This document shows positions 22,201 through 31,171 of a stretch of DNA of 64,000 bases, piece by piece. The first letter of the stretch is position 1; every line of letters begins with the position of its first letter. The DNA comes from a virus (Duplodnaviria; Caudoviricetes): positions 1-64,000 of the IMG/VR virus record IMGVR_UViG_3300028591_000131; one strand, written 5' to 3'. The position numbers and the translations under genes were made by a program. The notes under the pieces were generated by a model. That model was not told the DNA's origin and did not search any database. It saw only the letters and a list, made by a program, of their open reading frames with translations.

Positions 22201-25200
22201 ATTAACGCCGTGGATTCAAACACCCACTGAGTCGAATGACGATGCCGTGTGGAAAAATCCCTGTTTTGCGGTAATAACCACGGATGTACCACATGTATTT
22301 TGTTTGTACGGTGTGTATTATCACCAACATTTTTAGTATAAAATGTAAACGGAACATTCGTTGCATAATATGGGAAGAAATAATAGCTGTATGTATTTCT
22401 AAAATCACCATTATATATGGAGTTGACAACATCTCCTATCGAATTAATTAAATTAGGAATTCCCTCAATTGGCAATATTTGGGTACCAACATTTATAGGA
22501 GGATTTGCAGAAGACAGTTTTTGTCTGTTATTAAAGAATTCACTCCAATATATATCATTAGTCTGATCTGCTGTTGATTTTACAGTATTCCAAGTTAAGG
22601 AATATTTTGCCCAATTGTATAATTTTGCATCAAGATCTTCCGGATCGTTATTTGTTGGATTTAATATTGGAAATGTGGAATCATCTAAAAAATCACTGAA
22701 TATAGCTGGAAACTTTTTATCTTTTACATACGGATACGGCGAATTACTTTCGTTTGATACAAAATCCTTATTGATTAATTTATTAGTCTCTCCGTAAAAA
22801 CTAGTCGTCCAATGAAATATTTTATTGTTTAAATTTATTCCACGGCTAAAAAATCTGCCATATTTCGTGGCATCAAATGTTACATCAGATGCTGATAAAT
22901 TATATAAATCGTCATTTGTTATATTCCACGAAGCAGAATCTGGTGCTAAACTTTGAGGTTCACTATAATTGGCAGACATAATAAACCTATTATTATCGTT
23001 ATAAGGATATTGTCTGTGTTTAAAACAGTTAACTAACATTGTATCCAACCACCATGGTCCTGAAAATACCGACATGGGATTATTTTGTAAACGAGGTCTT
23101 GCAGCAAGATTTTTAATATATTGCTCCGTAGCATTATCTAACTGGTTGTTTTCTTTACGTGTTAAGTTAAACATACATTCTCCAGTAACAGTATATAACG
23201 AATCTTTATCCAACATATCGGATTCTTCGTTATCTTGTTCAAATTTTACACTATCTATATCCATACTAGACATAGAATTTGTTATTTGAGCATATCCTAC
23301 GACAGCTATATTTTGATCTTTAAACCACGGTTCAACCTGTTCTCTGAAATTATAATCAATATCAGGAGAATTAAGAGTACAAAAACTTTCATCGACAAAT
23401 ACAGTGTTGTCATAACCAGTTGTATATAAAGAATGATGTGGCACTACACCATATACTTCAGCGAGTTGTTCATACCAATCATCTGCTGTTATGTCTATAG
23501 AATTCACATCACCGTGTGGTTTCAAGTAACATCTTGTTTTATAGTATTCTTTGTTACTTGCAAAGTCAAAAAGATCTAATGGATCTTCACTGGAAAACAA
23601 TAAACTTACACCACCATTTTCAAGATAAAAATAATCATGAATTGAAAAATCGCTGCTTTGTAATTCAGCGTTTATTCTATCTTTTGGAGGTAATGAGTAA
23701 CCGTGTCTAAATTCACGGTACATTGAATTATAACGAATATAATTATCGTTATCAAATGTAGGATTTAATATCCAACCATCGACGGTTTTTACATTATAAT
23801 GATCAAATTGATCAGTAATATCACGTATTGTATATGGATAACTCGGTTTGTTAATAGTTTTATCTATTTGAAATAACGGTAATGGTCTGAAAAACCAAGA
23901 TGGCATTGCAAACAAACCGTTAGCTGTGGTTTTTAAAGTACGTCTTTTACCGCCAACATAAACAGTTGAACAACTAATACCTTGCGTTAATACATCACGA
24001 CACTCATATGTTGGAACTACACATACCGGTTTTATTCTTCGAAAACCTAATTGTGCAAGTTTTTGTAGTTCTGTTTTAAATTCGGGAGTTGTAATTAATT
24101 TTGCAGATGGTATATAGTAATTACTTCTGATTGGCCGATTTGGTTTTGGTTTTGTTATTGTACTAGTAGTATTATCAATTGGTGTAGTTTGTATTGATAA
24201 AGATAATTTACTATATTCTATTTCAGTACGACTTGAACGATCGCATTGTTTGTCACAAATAAATATTACATCACTCCATTCGCCAGTATAATATTGCGCA
24301 ATAATACCGAAACGATACCAGTTGTGTTTCCTAAAACCCATGTAATCAAAATTTGAACCGAAGAATGTTGTTGTATCTGATGTATATTGATACACAGCGT
24401 TTCTTGTTAAATCTTCATATCCTATGAGTTTATCGTAAAACGTTATGTCAGCTTTTCCTGAAAAATCAATATCTTTGATTGATGGAATGCTGCGTTTTAT
24501 ATTACCATAAAACATCCTGTTGTTCTTTTCAGCAAGAGTGTATGGTATGAATGTGTAATTACTTAATTTATGGTCAATATATGTAGTTGTAGAATCTTTT
24601 ACATCTGTCCCATCAAACGTTATTACAGTTGAAAAAGAATTCAAATTTTGATCCAAAGGGCGTTCTACATATTTTAAACTATATTCACTTGCGTTGTTTT
24701 TTGTGAAGTGCTGAAAATATATTCTTATGAAATCAAACTGATGATCTACATTTTCAATATTCACTCTGAACGCAAACTGTGTTTTATATGTACTAGCTTC
24801 ACTACCACCCTGATTAGTATAATTACAATCAAAAAATGGAGACCAGTCAATGATATTGGACTCGGATTGTAAATCATTAAAATATGTGTAGAAGAATCTT
24901 ATCTTGCCCATCGGGAAATTTCCAGGAAGGCTGTTATATTCTTTGGATACACTTAAAACATCATTAAGTTCAAGTGCAAAACCAAGATTTATATTAGATA
25001 ACATACCTGCAGTAGCACTTACAAGATTTACACATCTTGGAACATTGATACCATCGACAAAATAAACCTTTTTTACTAAATTTGTTTCAACATTACCCAT
25101 GGTTTCCAATGGGTATTGCAAATTAAAATTCAATCCGTTGTCGTTGTATATCAACCAACCATATAAATCATTTCCTTTTAATTCAAAACGAATTATAACA

Positions 25201-25571
25201 TCATTTCCTTCGTTAAATACAATTTGTGTTTCGTCTTGTCCGATTGTAGTGTTTGTAGTACATTTACCAAATAATGTCAAATACTTGTCCAAAACACAAT
25301 ATCCCATAACAGCAAATGGTAAAGATGTTATTTCAACAAAATTTATATCGTTTGTGTTGTCAACAAAAAATGAATTTGTAACAAACAATTTACATTTACT
25401 ATTTCCTTTTTCTTGTGTAGCAACTAAAGACGTGGTTTCAGTATCTACACTGAAACGCATATTCAAGTTTTCAAAAGCAAAAGACAATCCTTCTTTACTA
25501 CCGTTAAATAATAAATCAGAATCGTCTTGTCTCATTCCCTTTATAACATATGTATCTGTAGTAAATGCCAT
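19296..25571 (-). CDS. Tail muzzle / tail stabilization protein (P22 gp10-like)
   Basis: 2091 aa. Motifs KGMRQD, AFENLNMRF, YFVDGIN.PR, WYRFGI, EGDTYFQRY, K.DGE.IDSW. Lies between ring protein and cargo genes as in crAss-like phages. Confidence 0.85.
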   Translation of the reverse strand: MAFTTDTYVIKGMRQDDSDLLFNGSKEGLSFAFENLNMRFSVDTETTSLVATQEKGNSKCKLFVTNSFFVDNTNDINFVEITSLPFAVMGYCVLDKYLTLFGKCTTNTTIGQDETQIVFNEGNDVIIRFELKGNDLYGWLIYNDNGLNFNLQYPLETMGNVETNLVKKVYFVDGINVPRCVNLVSATAGMLSNINLGFALELNDVLSVSKEYNSLPGNFPMGKIRFFYTYFNDLQSESNIIDWSPFFDCNYTNQGGSEASTYKTQFAFRVNIENVDHQFDFIRIYFQHFTKNNASEYSLKYVERPLDQNLNSFSTVITFDGTDVKDSTTTYIDHKLSNYTFIPYTLAEKNNRMFYGNIKRSIPSIKDIDFSGKADITFYDKLIGYEDLTRNAVYQYTSDTTTFFGSNFDYMGFRKHNWYRFGIIAQYYTGEWSDVIFICDKQCDRSSRTEIEYSKLSLSIQTTPIDNTTSTITKPKPNRPIRSNYYIPSAKLITTPEFKTELQKLAQLGFRRIKPVCVVPTYECRDVLTQGISCSTVYVGGKRRTLKTTANGLFAMPSWFFRPLPLFQIDKTINKPSYPYTIRDITDQFDHYNVKTVDGWILNPTFDNDNYIRYNSMYREFRHGYSLPPKDRINAELQSSDFSIHDYFYLENGGVSLLFSSEDPLDLFDFASNKEYYKTRCYLKPHGDVNSIDITADDWYEQLAEVYGVVPHHSLYTTGYDNTVFVDESFCTLNSPDIDYNFREQVEPWFKDQNIAVVGYAQITNSMSSMDIDSVKFEQDNEESDMLDKDSLYTVTGECMFNLTRKENNQLDNATEQYIKNLAARPRLQNNPMSVFSGPWWLDTMLVNCFKHRQYPYNDNNRFIMSANYSEPQSLAPDSASWNITNDDLYNLSASDVTFDATKYGRFFSRGINLNNKIFHWTTSFYGETNKLINKDFVSNESNSPYPYVKDKKFPAIFSDFLDDSTFPILNPTNNDPEDLDAKLYNWAKYSLTWNTVKSTADQTNDIYWSEFFNNRQKLSSANPPINVGTQILPIEGIPNLINSIGDVVNSIYNGDFRNTYSYYFFPYYATNVPFTFYTKNVGDNTHRTNKIHVVHPWLLPQNRDFSTRHRHSTQWVFESTALMLNSLSKYSDFENYDNLIYYYNLGSEYGCHYYAPFSTNFEGSYFEPYYAHVVYPFMSTGNVPFCGSSRAYRCTETNNRPEYNTTHSCLYSNCTNYFNTDEDFTFNTYSAYYHSPKLTQEIYVEPDLTSIPFVEAEHGTISHLYSYLCNNNSADNDVLLRHHTQTLTAAMKWYRGFRNLKSQGDETQLIDTGVYLNKSNIAGNLLFSGYLPQFCTKSGLLQANDTRDNLNYRTVMEDPERIEDYKNFFDQGGPQVVELSFLSTPHVVYYNQANDRMMLLDKFYAGQPTINILNTDYDTFTPQFYYKEFINEPIPYQTTTGPNALLPYHVKNAGNWYYSTYPHTGHFEQFDFNDLHRSSQPYWNNASSVFSQYPTKIIEKQHLINISDESKIIVRDSNSVQRSESNYWLLPISNMYNTNLIASYTTTEDKNPYTYQDVSVEQWNWKMCGETINLDNWLNSTSINKQQQVKYLEGDTYFQRYNCFKTVSKDTTFSTLWEQQTSDTVTQFGENDVTETASVMIESYYNIDGIYWDHNILTDTNQSPLIQPYYNNQHQINPVYSIQNDICDVFKQIDTNYQSSQLDHYPTMIMWSAQKQDGETIDSWGIVPVTNKMLTSGEMGAINKLISYKDNIYCLQEHGLSVLNYNSKVIEPTDTNSTLSLYLSDATRLQDVTYLSRNIGTLNKWSVALGQYGFYWIDETLQNFYKCGESENGFGIENMSNKYGFKSWSKAHISSDNCLWDINTFTSNLKAFKANYDLKNNDVYWANNEFCICFNETLDCFTSFYNYENIPYKFNYLDKCYSIYPESENTSAIWEDYSKYSHSLYGTGIDSYIELLVNPSGQYDKVFNFIEYHTEVYDPSNGYDVAYASINPYNYIRVNNTYQIGDSMLNSINTQHKFKLWRTSIPREIKNGKQTMNRIRSPWCKIKLQHKAGKPMIIGVLPSREYRDKLHYINVNYTIPEQPIKTNIRN

Positions 25572-25573
25572 AA

Positions 25574-26425
25574 TTAATGTGTTTTAAATATTAAAGGATC
25601 TGCATTGGATGCAAAATGATTGTCCCATTCATTGTTTTTATTTATTATACCGTGCGCTACATCCGAAAAAGCTTCAAGATCCCCGAGATTTGACATTTGC
25701 ATTTCACTTTCACAAGCACCTACTGCCCAAGCATATGCTTGTTGAGCTTGTTGTAAAATACGAATGTCTATTTCACCATTGTCAAACTTTTCAGTAAAAA
25801 ATTCACTTTTAATATACGCTTTTAAAGCTCTGCGAAAAGCTGCATTATCTGGTATTAATGGGTAGCCTTCATCATCTGTAAGGAAAGCATAATACGATAT
25901 ATCTACAGTATCTTCTCGATTTGATAAATATATATAGCTGTTTTGTATAACGTAATAATTACCTTTTTTTGGTCTGCTTGGCATAACGTGTGTACGTAAC
26001 ATACATATACATTCTGTTTTATTGTAATCGAAATGATATTCCGCACATGTGTTTTGAAATTCACAATGAGTGCAAGATTCACCCTCTATTCTGGGAGTAT
26101 CACATCTGGAAACCACACAACCGTTTCCACAAAAATCGTGGTGATGGTGATGTTTGGGTTTCATATGAAACGTCGAGGTTCCTTTTCTATATGTACCATA
26201 ACGACCTTTCATTTGAACTAATTTCAAATAATCACACGGTAATTTTATTTTATAGTTATCTGTAGAAAGAGTTGCTACTTTATTTATAAACAAACCAGGT
26301 ACTCCAAGTATTTGCATAAATTCTACAGTATAGTCTATTACAGCCTCAAAGGAGAGATTAGCCAATAGTCTTTGCCGTGTAAGACTATCATATATAACTT
26401 TTAAAGAGGTATATTGTTCTGCCAT
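25574..26425 (-). CDS. Tail ring protein (R1-like, P22 gp4-like) with His/Cys-rich insertion
   Basis: MAEQYTSLK, LPCD, DDEGYPLIPDN, Y.WAVG motifs; directly upstream of the muzzle. Confidence 0.8.
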   Translation of the reverse strand: MAEQYTSLKVIYDSLTRQRLLANLSFEAVIDYTVEFMQILGVPGLFINKVATLSTDNYKIKLPCDYLKLVQMKGRYGTYRKGTSTFHMKPKHHHHHDFCGNGCVVSRCDTPRIEGESCTHCEFQNTCAEYHFDYNKTECICMLRTHVMPSRPKKGNYYVIQNSYIYLSNREDTVDISYYAFLTDDEGYPLIPDNAAFRRALKAYIKSEFFTEKFDNGEIDIRILQQAQQAYAWAVGACESEMQMSNLGDLEAFSDVAHGIINKNNEWDNHFASNADPLIFKTH

Positions 26426-26934
26426 AATTTAAAGTTCTTATTAAGTGTTAACTTATTATATATTTTACGATTCAGACTTCTGCAAATATGGAGTTTAAAC
26501 AAATAATGATTGTGAAAACAACCACGTTTTGTTTCATATATTACACGATGATAACTTGGAATATCGTTATACACAAGAATACGATTGTCGTAAGCTTCTT
26601 TATCATCTTGCCAAAATTCTAAAGTTTTTTTCCAATTTACAGGTACGTTTTTTACATATTTACCATTAGGTAACTGTTTTACTTTAGCGTCATATTGTTT
26701 GATGAATATTTCTCCCATTCTATATGGAAACTTTACACGTAGGTACTTAAGCAAATAATCCTCAATTAATTGTTCCATTATATCCATAAGAATTTGTCGA
26801 AACAAATATTCCGGGAATTTCTTTTTTCTTTTATGTATATGATGTTGGTAATAATATCTACAACCGTAAGAATTGTTTATCTTAAAGTTACGTTTACCAT
26901 TAAGCTTTTGTACTTGTTTGAAAAAATCAGTCAT
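26401..26934 (-). CDS. IHF/HU-like protein
   Basis: Basic; VKFPYRMGEIFI and VNWKKT motifs; conserved crAss position between ring genes. Confidence 0.7.
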   Translation of the reverse strand: MTDFFKQVQKLNGKRNFKINNSYGCRYYYQHHIHKRKKKFPEYLFRQILMDIMEQLIEDYLLKYLRVKFPYRMGEIFIKQYDAKVKQLPNGKYVKNVPVNWKKTLEFWQDDKEAYDNRILVYNDIPSYHRVIYETKRGCFHNHYLFKLHICRSLNRKIYNKLTLNKNFKLWQNNIPL

Positions 26935-27709
26935 CTTGGACTTTTTGAGAATTATTCTTATATTTTTCTTTAAGTAACGTGTTCAAATAATTAATTATGT
27001 TACCAAGTTCATCGTTTGAAGAATTCTTGATATCTTTTGATTTCATAGACATTTGGTAAATAAATTGACTTGCGTTGTCTATGAGTAATGTTATTAAACC
27101 TTCTTCCAAAGGAAACTTTGTATCCATTACATCACATACCACATCTTCATTTGAACATCCATCCGGTTGATTGTTGTTAGCAATTATTTTTGCAGCTTTT
27201 TCTGCATCTTCAAATACAGCGGATATTTGTAATGTTTCCAAATCCATTATATCAGAATCAGCTGATTTGACATATAAGTGATTATCTGGACCTATTGTGG
27301 CATATTGTTGGTTTTTTAACCACTTGTTATATCCAACAGCATTAAATCTTGTTGTATTTACAAAGTTAAAATTTGAAGAACAACCAAACGATACTGATGG
27401 ATTAATAACAGTTAATCCTTCATAGTTGTTTAATAGTAATACGTTTGGTATTTCTTCAACACTTCGCATAACCCACATGCCATCATTATTGCATCCACAT
27501 ACATTTTCAGACGGTTCTAATGTTAAATCTATTGTTTGAAAATTTGAATTTGAAATTTGCGCTGCAGTTTTCTGATACTTGTTGCTTAACAGATACGCAC
27601 GTAACTTTGAAACTATATATAAAACGTGTTCCGGTTCAATATAAGAATCATCGTTACTTAATTTACTATGGTCTAAAACCATATATACAATTTCTCTAAA
27701 TGTACTCAT
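26927..27709 (-). CDS. Tail ring protein (R2-like)
   Basis: MSTFREIVYMVLD..K..NDDS, VG.NKWL, AVFED, FPLEE motifs. Start moved to 27709, downstream of the promoter at 27742. Confidence 0.78.
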   Translation of the reverse strand: MSTFREIVYMVLDHSKLSNDDSYIEPEHVLYIVSKLRAYLLSNKYQKTAAQISNSNFQTIDLTLEPSENVCGCNNDGMWVMRSVEEIPNVLLLNNYEGLTVINPSVSFGCSSNFNFVNTTRFNAVGYNKWLKNQQYATIGPDNHLYVKSADSDIMDLETLQISAVFEDAEKAAKIIANNNQPDGCSNEDVVCDVMDTKFPLEEGLITLLIDNASQFIYQMSMKSKDIKNSSNDELGNIINYLNTLLKEKYKNNSQKVQDD

Positions 27710-27741
27710 AATATTATATATCCTATATAAACAATAAATCT

Positions 27742-27751
27742 TGCAAAGATA
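27742..27751 (-). promoter_or_regulatory. Bacteroidota promoter (-7 box) for ring/IHF/muzzle operon
   Basis: TATCTTTGCA on the minus strand, overlapping inverted repeat AAATCTTGC (27736-44) / GCAAGATTT (27772-80). Confidence 0.78.
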
Positions 27752-27801
27752 CACAAAAAATGAATATCCTCGCAAGATTTTAAATAAATGTGAAAATAAA
27801 A

Positions 27802-28200
27802 TTAATTGTTACATACAATTTTCTTTATAATGCCCGCTTCGTGTTGAATCAGTTCTCCTAAAAGATAGCAAGGTTCTTCACTATAAGGTGATATATTGTA
27901 AGATTCCGTTATATGCATTACAGAATGCATGTTTTCATGAGTTAATGTATTCAAAAATTCATCAAAAGAAGAAGCTTGTCCTATTACTATAACGGTTTCT
28001 TTTAGAAATGTATTTGTATACGTAAATCCTACATTCGGTAAACATCTATATAATATATCCCCTACCTCTTTTTTTAGAGACTTGTTAATTTCAAAAAAGT
28101 TTAAAATGTTTAAAATTTCTTCAGCGTCATCACAAGTAGCATTATAATAAATTGTGATGTTCCAATCGTATTTTTTAATATGAAAAAATCTTTCAATCAT
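27802..28200 (-). CDS. Small zincin-like metalloprotease (HExxH)
   Basis: THENMH...EEPCY. Start at 28200 gives an ATGA overlap with the upstream stop. Confidence 0.65.
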   Translation of the reverse strand: MIERFFHIKKYDWNITIYYNATCDDAEEILNILNFFEINKSLKKEVGDILYRCLPNVGFTYTNTFLKETVIVIGQASSFDEFLNTLTHENMHSVMHITESYNISPYSEEPCYLLGELIQHEAGIIKKIVCNN

Positions 28201-28625
28201 AATAAATCTTCCCATTCTATAGCAGTGCCGTTTAATACACAATCTGAATAAAATCTGTTAAACACAAATCCATCTACTTGATCTGGATCATCAATATAAT
28301 CTTTCACAAACATCGCAAGATATTGTTCATTTGGTATGGAAGATCCATAAAAATCTGCTGTAGCCATTGACATTACATACATACCATCATATAAAACATC
28401 ATTTTCGAGTTTTATGTTATAACGAGATAAAATACTGTCAAATCGTTCTTTTGTCAAAGGCGTAATGTTTTCTTTTCTGTTTGTGTTTTTATTGATTTTA
28501 TACATCTTTGAAACTGCAAATTCGTATGCTTTCTTATTAAAATGTCTGCCATAGTTCCTTAGATAAGATCGCATATCATCGGGAATTATATCCCAAGAGT
28601 CCAAAGGTTGTCTGAAACGTTCCAT
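28197..28625 (-). CDS. Conserved hypothetical helical protein (accessory cassette)
   Basis: 142 aa; YL..YG.HF.KK..EFAVS.M and DY.DD.D...G..F.RF..D pattern; coupled to neighbours. Confidence 0.7.
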   Translation of the reverse strand: MERFRQPLDSWDIIPDDMRSYLRNYGRHFNKKAYEFAVSKMYKINKNTNRKENITPLTKERFDSILSRYNIKLENDVLYDGMYVMSMATADFYGSSIPNEQYLAMFVKDYIDDPDQVDGFVFNRFYSDCVLNGTAIEWEDLL

Positions 28626-28873
28626 TAGCGATAACGATTACCGTAACGTTTTTCATTCCACACATCGTCGTCGTAATCACGATAGCGCATATTCATACGT
28701 CTTTCGTGCATCATTTCTTCATCCATAGGCTCTCTGCGAGACATACGTTCACCATACATTTCGTGAGATAATTTATCAAGGCAGAGCATCAGCTTACCAC
28801 TGGCACTCAAGATTTCTTCAGTTAAATCAGCCATTTTAGAAACGTGTTTCTCTGTTATTTCTGTAATTTTCAT
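28625..28873 (-). CDS. Small charged Met/Arg/Glu-rich protein (accessory cassette)
   Basis: 82 aa; repeated YGER/HERR/EKRYG; one-base overlap with the next gene. Confidence 0.7.
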   Translation of the reverse strand: MKITEITEKHVSKMADLTEEILSASGKLMLCLDKLSHEMYGERMSRREPMDEEMMHERRMNMRYRDYDDDVWNEKRYGNRYR

Positions 28874-28878
28874 AATTC

Positions 28879-29382
28879 TTATTTATTAGTTAATTGAGTA
28901 AGAATGTTTTTCACATCAGTTAATGTGTTTTCTATACCAAGCATTTTTGATTCAAGATTGTTTATTTTTTCCTCTTGCTTTTTTTCTTTTGCAATCTGGG
29001 GATTCAAATCCGTAAGAATTGAAGAGCAACTTTGAATAACTTTTTGATGATATTCCACATTGTCGATAATATTCTGACTATAATTTAGTAAAGACTCAAC
29101 TTCTGAATTTATAGCGTTTTTGTCATCACTGACAATTACAGTACCTCCTTCATAATCAAATATTGATTTGTTGGCTGGTAATTGCTTAAATTCGGTTTCA
29201 ACTCCATCAACATTGACCAATACATCAACAACAGTTTCAAAACCATTAATAGACGTTTGAAACGATGTATTATATTTTGGAACAGGGTTACTTACTTTTA
29301 CAACTCGTCCTATCGATAATACAGGAATACGGTTCTTTTTAAGAACATAGAAAACATTTTCAGGTCTTAATGAATTAAACAT
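28879..29382 (-). CDS. Hypothetical protein, beta N-domain plus C-terminal coiled coil (accessory cassette)
   Basis: 167 aa; MFNSLR start, LNPQIAKEK..E coiled coil. Confidence 0.7.
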   Translation of the reverse strand: MFNSLRPENVFYVLKKNRIPVLSIGRVVKVSNPVPKYNTSFQTSINGFETVVDVLVNVDGVETEFKQLPANKSIFDYEGGTVIVSDDKNAINSEVESLLNYSQNIIDNVEYHQKVIQSCSSILTDLNPQIAKEKKQEEKINNLESKMLGIENTLTDVKNILTQLTNK

Positions 29383-29403
29383 AATTGACTATTTAATGTG
29401 AAA

Positions 29404-29739
29404 TTATAAAATATTTAAAATTTGAAGAATGTCGGTGAAACGATCGTAATATACAAGGTATACACCAACTCCAGGAAGATCGGCAACAGTGAGATTATCA
29501 CCACCCGCCATAGTTACGTTACTTGTTATACCTGCCATTGAAAATCTAATTGGAAGTGTTGTGGTAGTACCTTCCGGAATTGCTTCAGAAAGGTACACCA
29601 ACAACAATCCACGGAAAGGACGTCTGTCCCAATCCGGATTAAATTTAAAATCTACAGATGTATCGCTAACTATAACGTTTTGTGACTTAACGGTGGGAAT
29701 TCCGTTAATATTTACATATTGTCTTGGAAAAGTAGCCAT
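29404..29739 (-). CDS. Small beta-rich hypothetical protein (accessory cassette)
   Basis: 111 aa; FRGLLLV, IP.GTT.TLP, GVYLVYYDR. Confidence 0.7.
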   Translation of the reverse strand: MATFPRQYVNINGIPTVKSQNVIVSDTSVDFKFNPDWDRRPFRGLLLVYLSEAIPEGTTTTLPIRFSMAGITSNVTMAGGDNLTVADLPGVGVYLVYYDRFTDILQILNIL

Positions 29740-29761
29740 ATCGTCTGTTAATTAAATTATA

Positions 29762-30739
29762 TTAACCCCAATAGGAACCACCGTTAAATCCATAACCCCA
29801 ACCGTTAAAACTGTTATTCCAACCAAAATTGGGAGTAGTAGAATACACTTGCAAATTAGGATACTGCACACTAACAGTTTCAGGCATCTTGCACTTAATA
29901 TCATCAACTTCGCGAGCAAGACTGTTAAGAGCCACATTAATAGGAGTAACAGCTTGCTGTACGATACCTGCAGTAAAGTTTTGAGACTCCAATTTTGCAA
30001 CTTGAGCTGTCAAAGCGGTAATCTCACGATCTTTACGAGATGATTCCATAGCATCAAGCTTGTTGTCAAGATTGATATAATTACGGTTCATCGTGTCGGT
30101 AAGAGCATAAGTTTGCTGACAATCAGCCAATTGCTGTGCAGCACGTGTAGCAGATATGTTATTGTTTACACTGTTAATGCTGTTTTGAATAGCGTTGGTT
30201 TGCTGACAAATTGCAAGTCTGTTCTCGCAGCAACAATTTTGGAACTGTGCTGATAAGGAAGCATCACCATTTTGAATAGCGTTGATAATTTGCAAAGGAG
30301 TGGTTGCGTTTTGGATAGCCATGTTGTTCAAAACACTTTGAATACCTTGAATAGAAGTATTCACAAGGTTGAAATCTTGGCCAAGCATAGTGCTTAACGT
30401 AGAGATAGCTTGTCTGCTTTGTTCACCATTGGATGTGATAGCTTGCATAATCAGTTCACGACCAGCATCGTTATTAATTTGGTTGCTAAGGAAACCAGCA
30501 GCACCGTTACCACCATTACCACCAAAACCGCCAAATCCGCCGTTATTCCAGCCGAAAATGGATGCAACGATAGCAAGTCCTATTAACTCACCAATCGTGT
30601 TACCAAAGCCACCAAAACCGCCAAAACCACCACCCATACCGGATGCCAATACACCACCTAACATACCGGGAACAATACCGCTACCAAGACCAGTATTACC
30701 ATCGGGATTAAATACATAAGTTTTAGTTTCTTCTGTCAT
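29762..30739 (-). CDS. Gly/Phe-rich coiled-coil protein with CCC motif (accessory cassette)
   Basis: GGFGGFGGFG repeats around hydrophobic LIGLAIVASIFGW, QNCCCENRLAIC, heptad region, aromatic/Gly tail. Start moved to 30739 (MTEETK), downstream of the promoter. Confidence 0.8.
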   Translation of the reverse strand: MTEETKTYVFNPDGNTGLGSGIVPGMLGGVLASGMGGGFGGFGGFGNTIGELIGLAIVASIFGWNNGGFGGFGGNGGNGAAGFLSNQINNDAGRELIMQAITSNGEQSRQAISTLSTMLGQDFNLVNTSIQGIQSVLNNMAIQNATTPLQIINAIQNGDASLSAQFQNCCCENRLAICQQTNAIQNSINSVNNNISATRAAQQLADCQQTYALTDTMNRNYINLDNKLDAMESSRKDREITALTAQVAKLESQNFTAGIVQQAVTPINVALNSLAREVDDIKCKMPETVSVQYPNLQVYSTTPNFGWNNSFNGWGYGFNGGSYWG

Positions 30740-30784
30740 TGTTAATAATTTAAAGTAAATAAATTGTTTTATGTTAGCTAACAA

Positions 30785-30794
30785 TGCAAAAGTA
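30785..30794 (-). promoter_or_regulatory. Bacteroidota promoter (-7 box) for the accessory cassette
   Basis: Minus strand TACTTTTGCA matches TAnnTTTG. Confidence 0.72.
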
Positions 30795-30801
30795 CAAAAA
30801 C

Positions 30802-30831
30802 AAAAAAGCCTGCCCAAAACTTGGACAGGCT
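30802..30831 (-). terminator. Intrinsic terminator
   Basis: Minus strand AGCCTGTCCAA-GTT-TTGGGCAGGCT followed by a T-tract. Confidence 0.8.
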
Positions 30832-30859
30832 AAAACCAAAGTATATGAAAAACAACAAA

Positions 30860-31171
30860 TTACTTTTTGACTTTGTGCGACATGTTGTCTATGTATTCTT
30901 TATCCCAATATAATGACTTAAATCCTTGATATTTACGACCTTTTGGCAAAAATCCTTTCTTTACTCGACGATCAAATTGTCTAACTGATAAGTTTAACAA
31001 ATTTGCCGCTTCTGTCTTGGTATAACCACGAATTTCGCAGTTTTCTATTAATTTATACGCACCATCGATACGTTTGTCACAGACACCACTGCGGTATAGT
31101 TTCATACCAAAGAATAAATAATCAAAAAGATTTAATAGAAATACCCTAAAATCTGTATTTGAATTTGTCAT
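30860..31171 (-). CDS. Helix-turn-helix DNA-binding protein (AlpA/excisionase-like)
   Basis: YTKTEAANLLNLSVRQFDRRVKKGFLPKG...LYW. Confidence 0.75.
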   Translation of the reverse strand: MTNSNTDFRVFLLNLFDYLFFGMKLYRSGVCDKRIDGAYKLIENCEIRGYTKTEAANLLNLSVRQFDRRVKKGFLPKGRKYQGFKSLYWDKEYIDNMSHKVKK

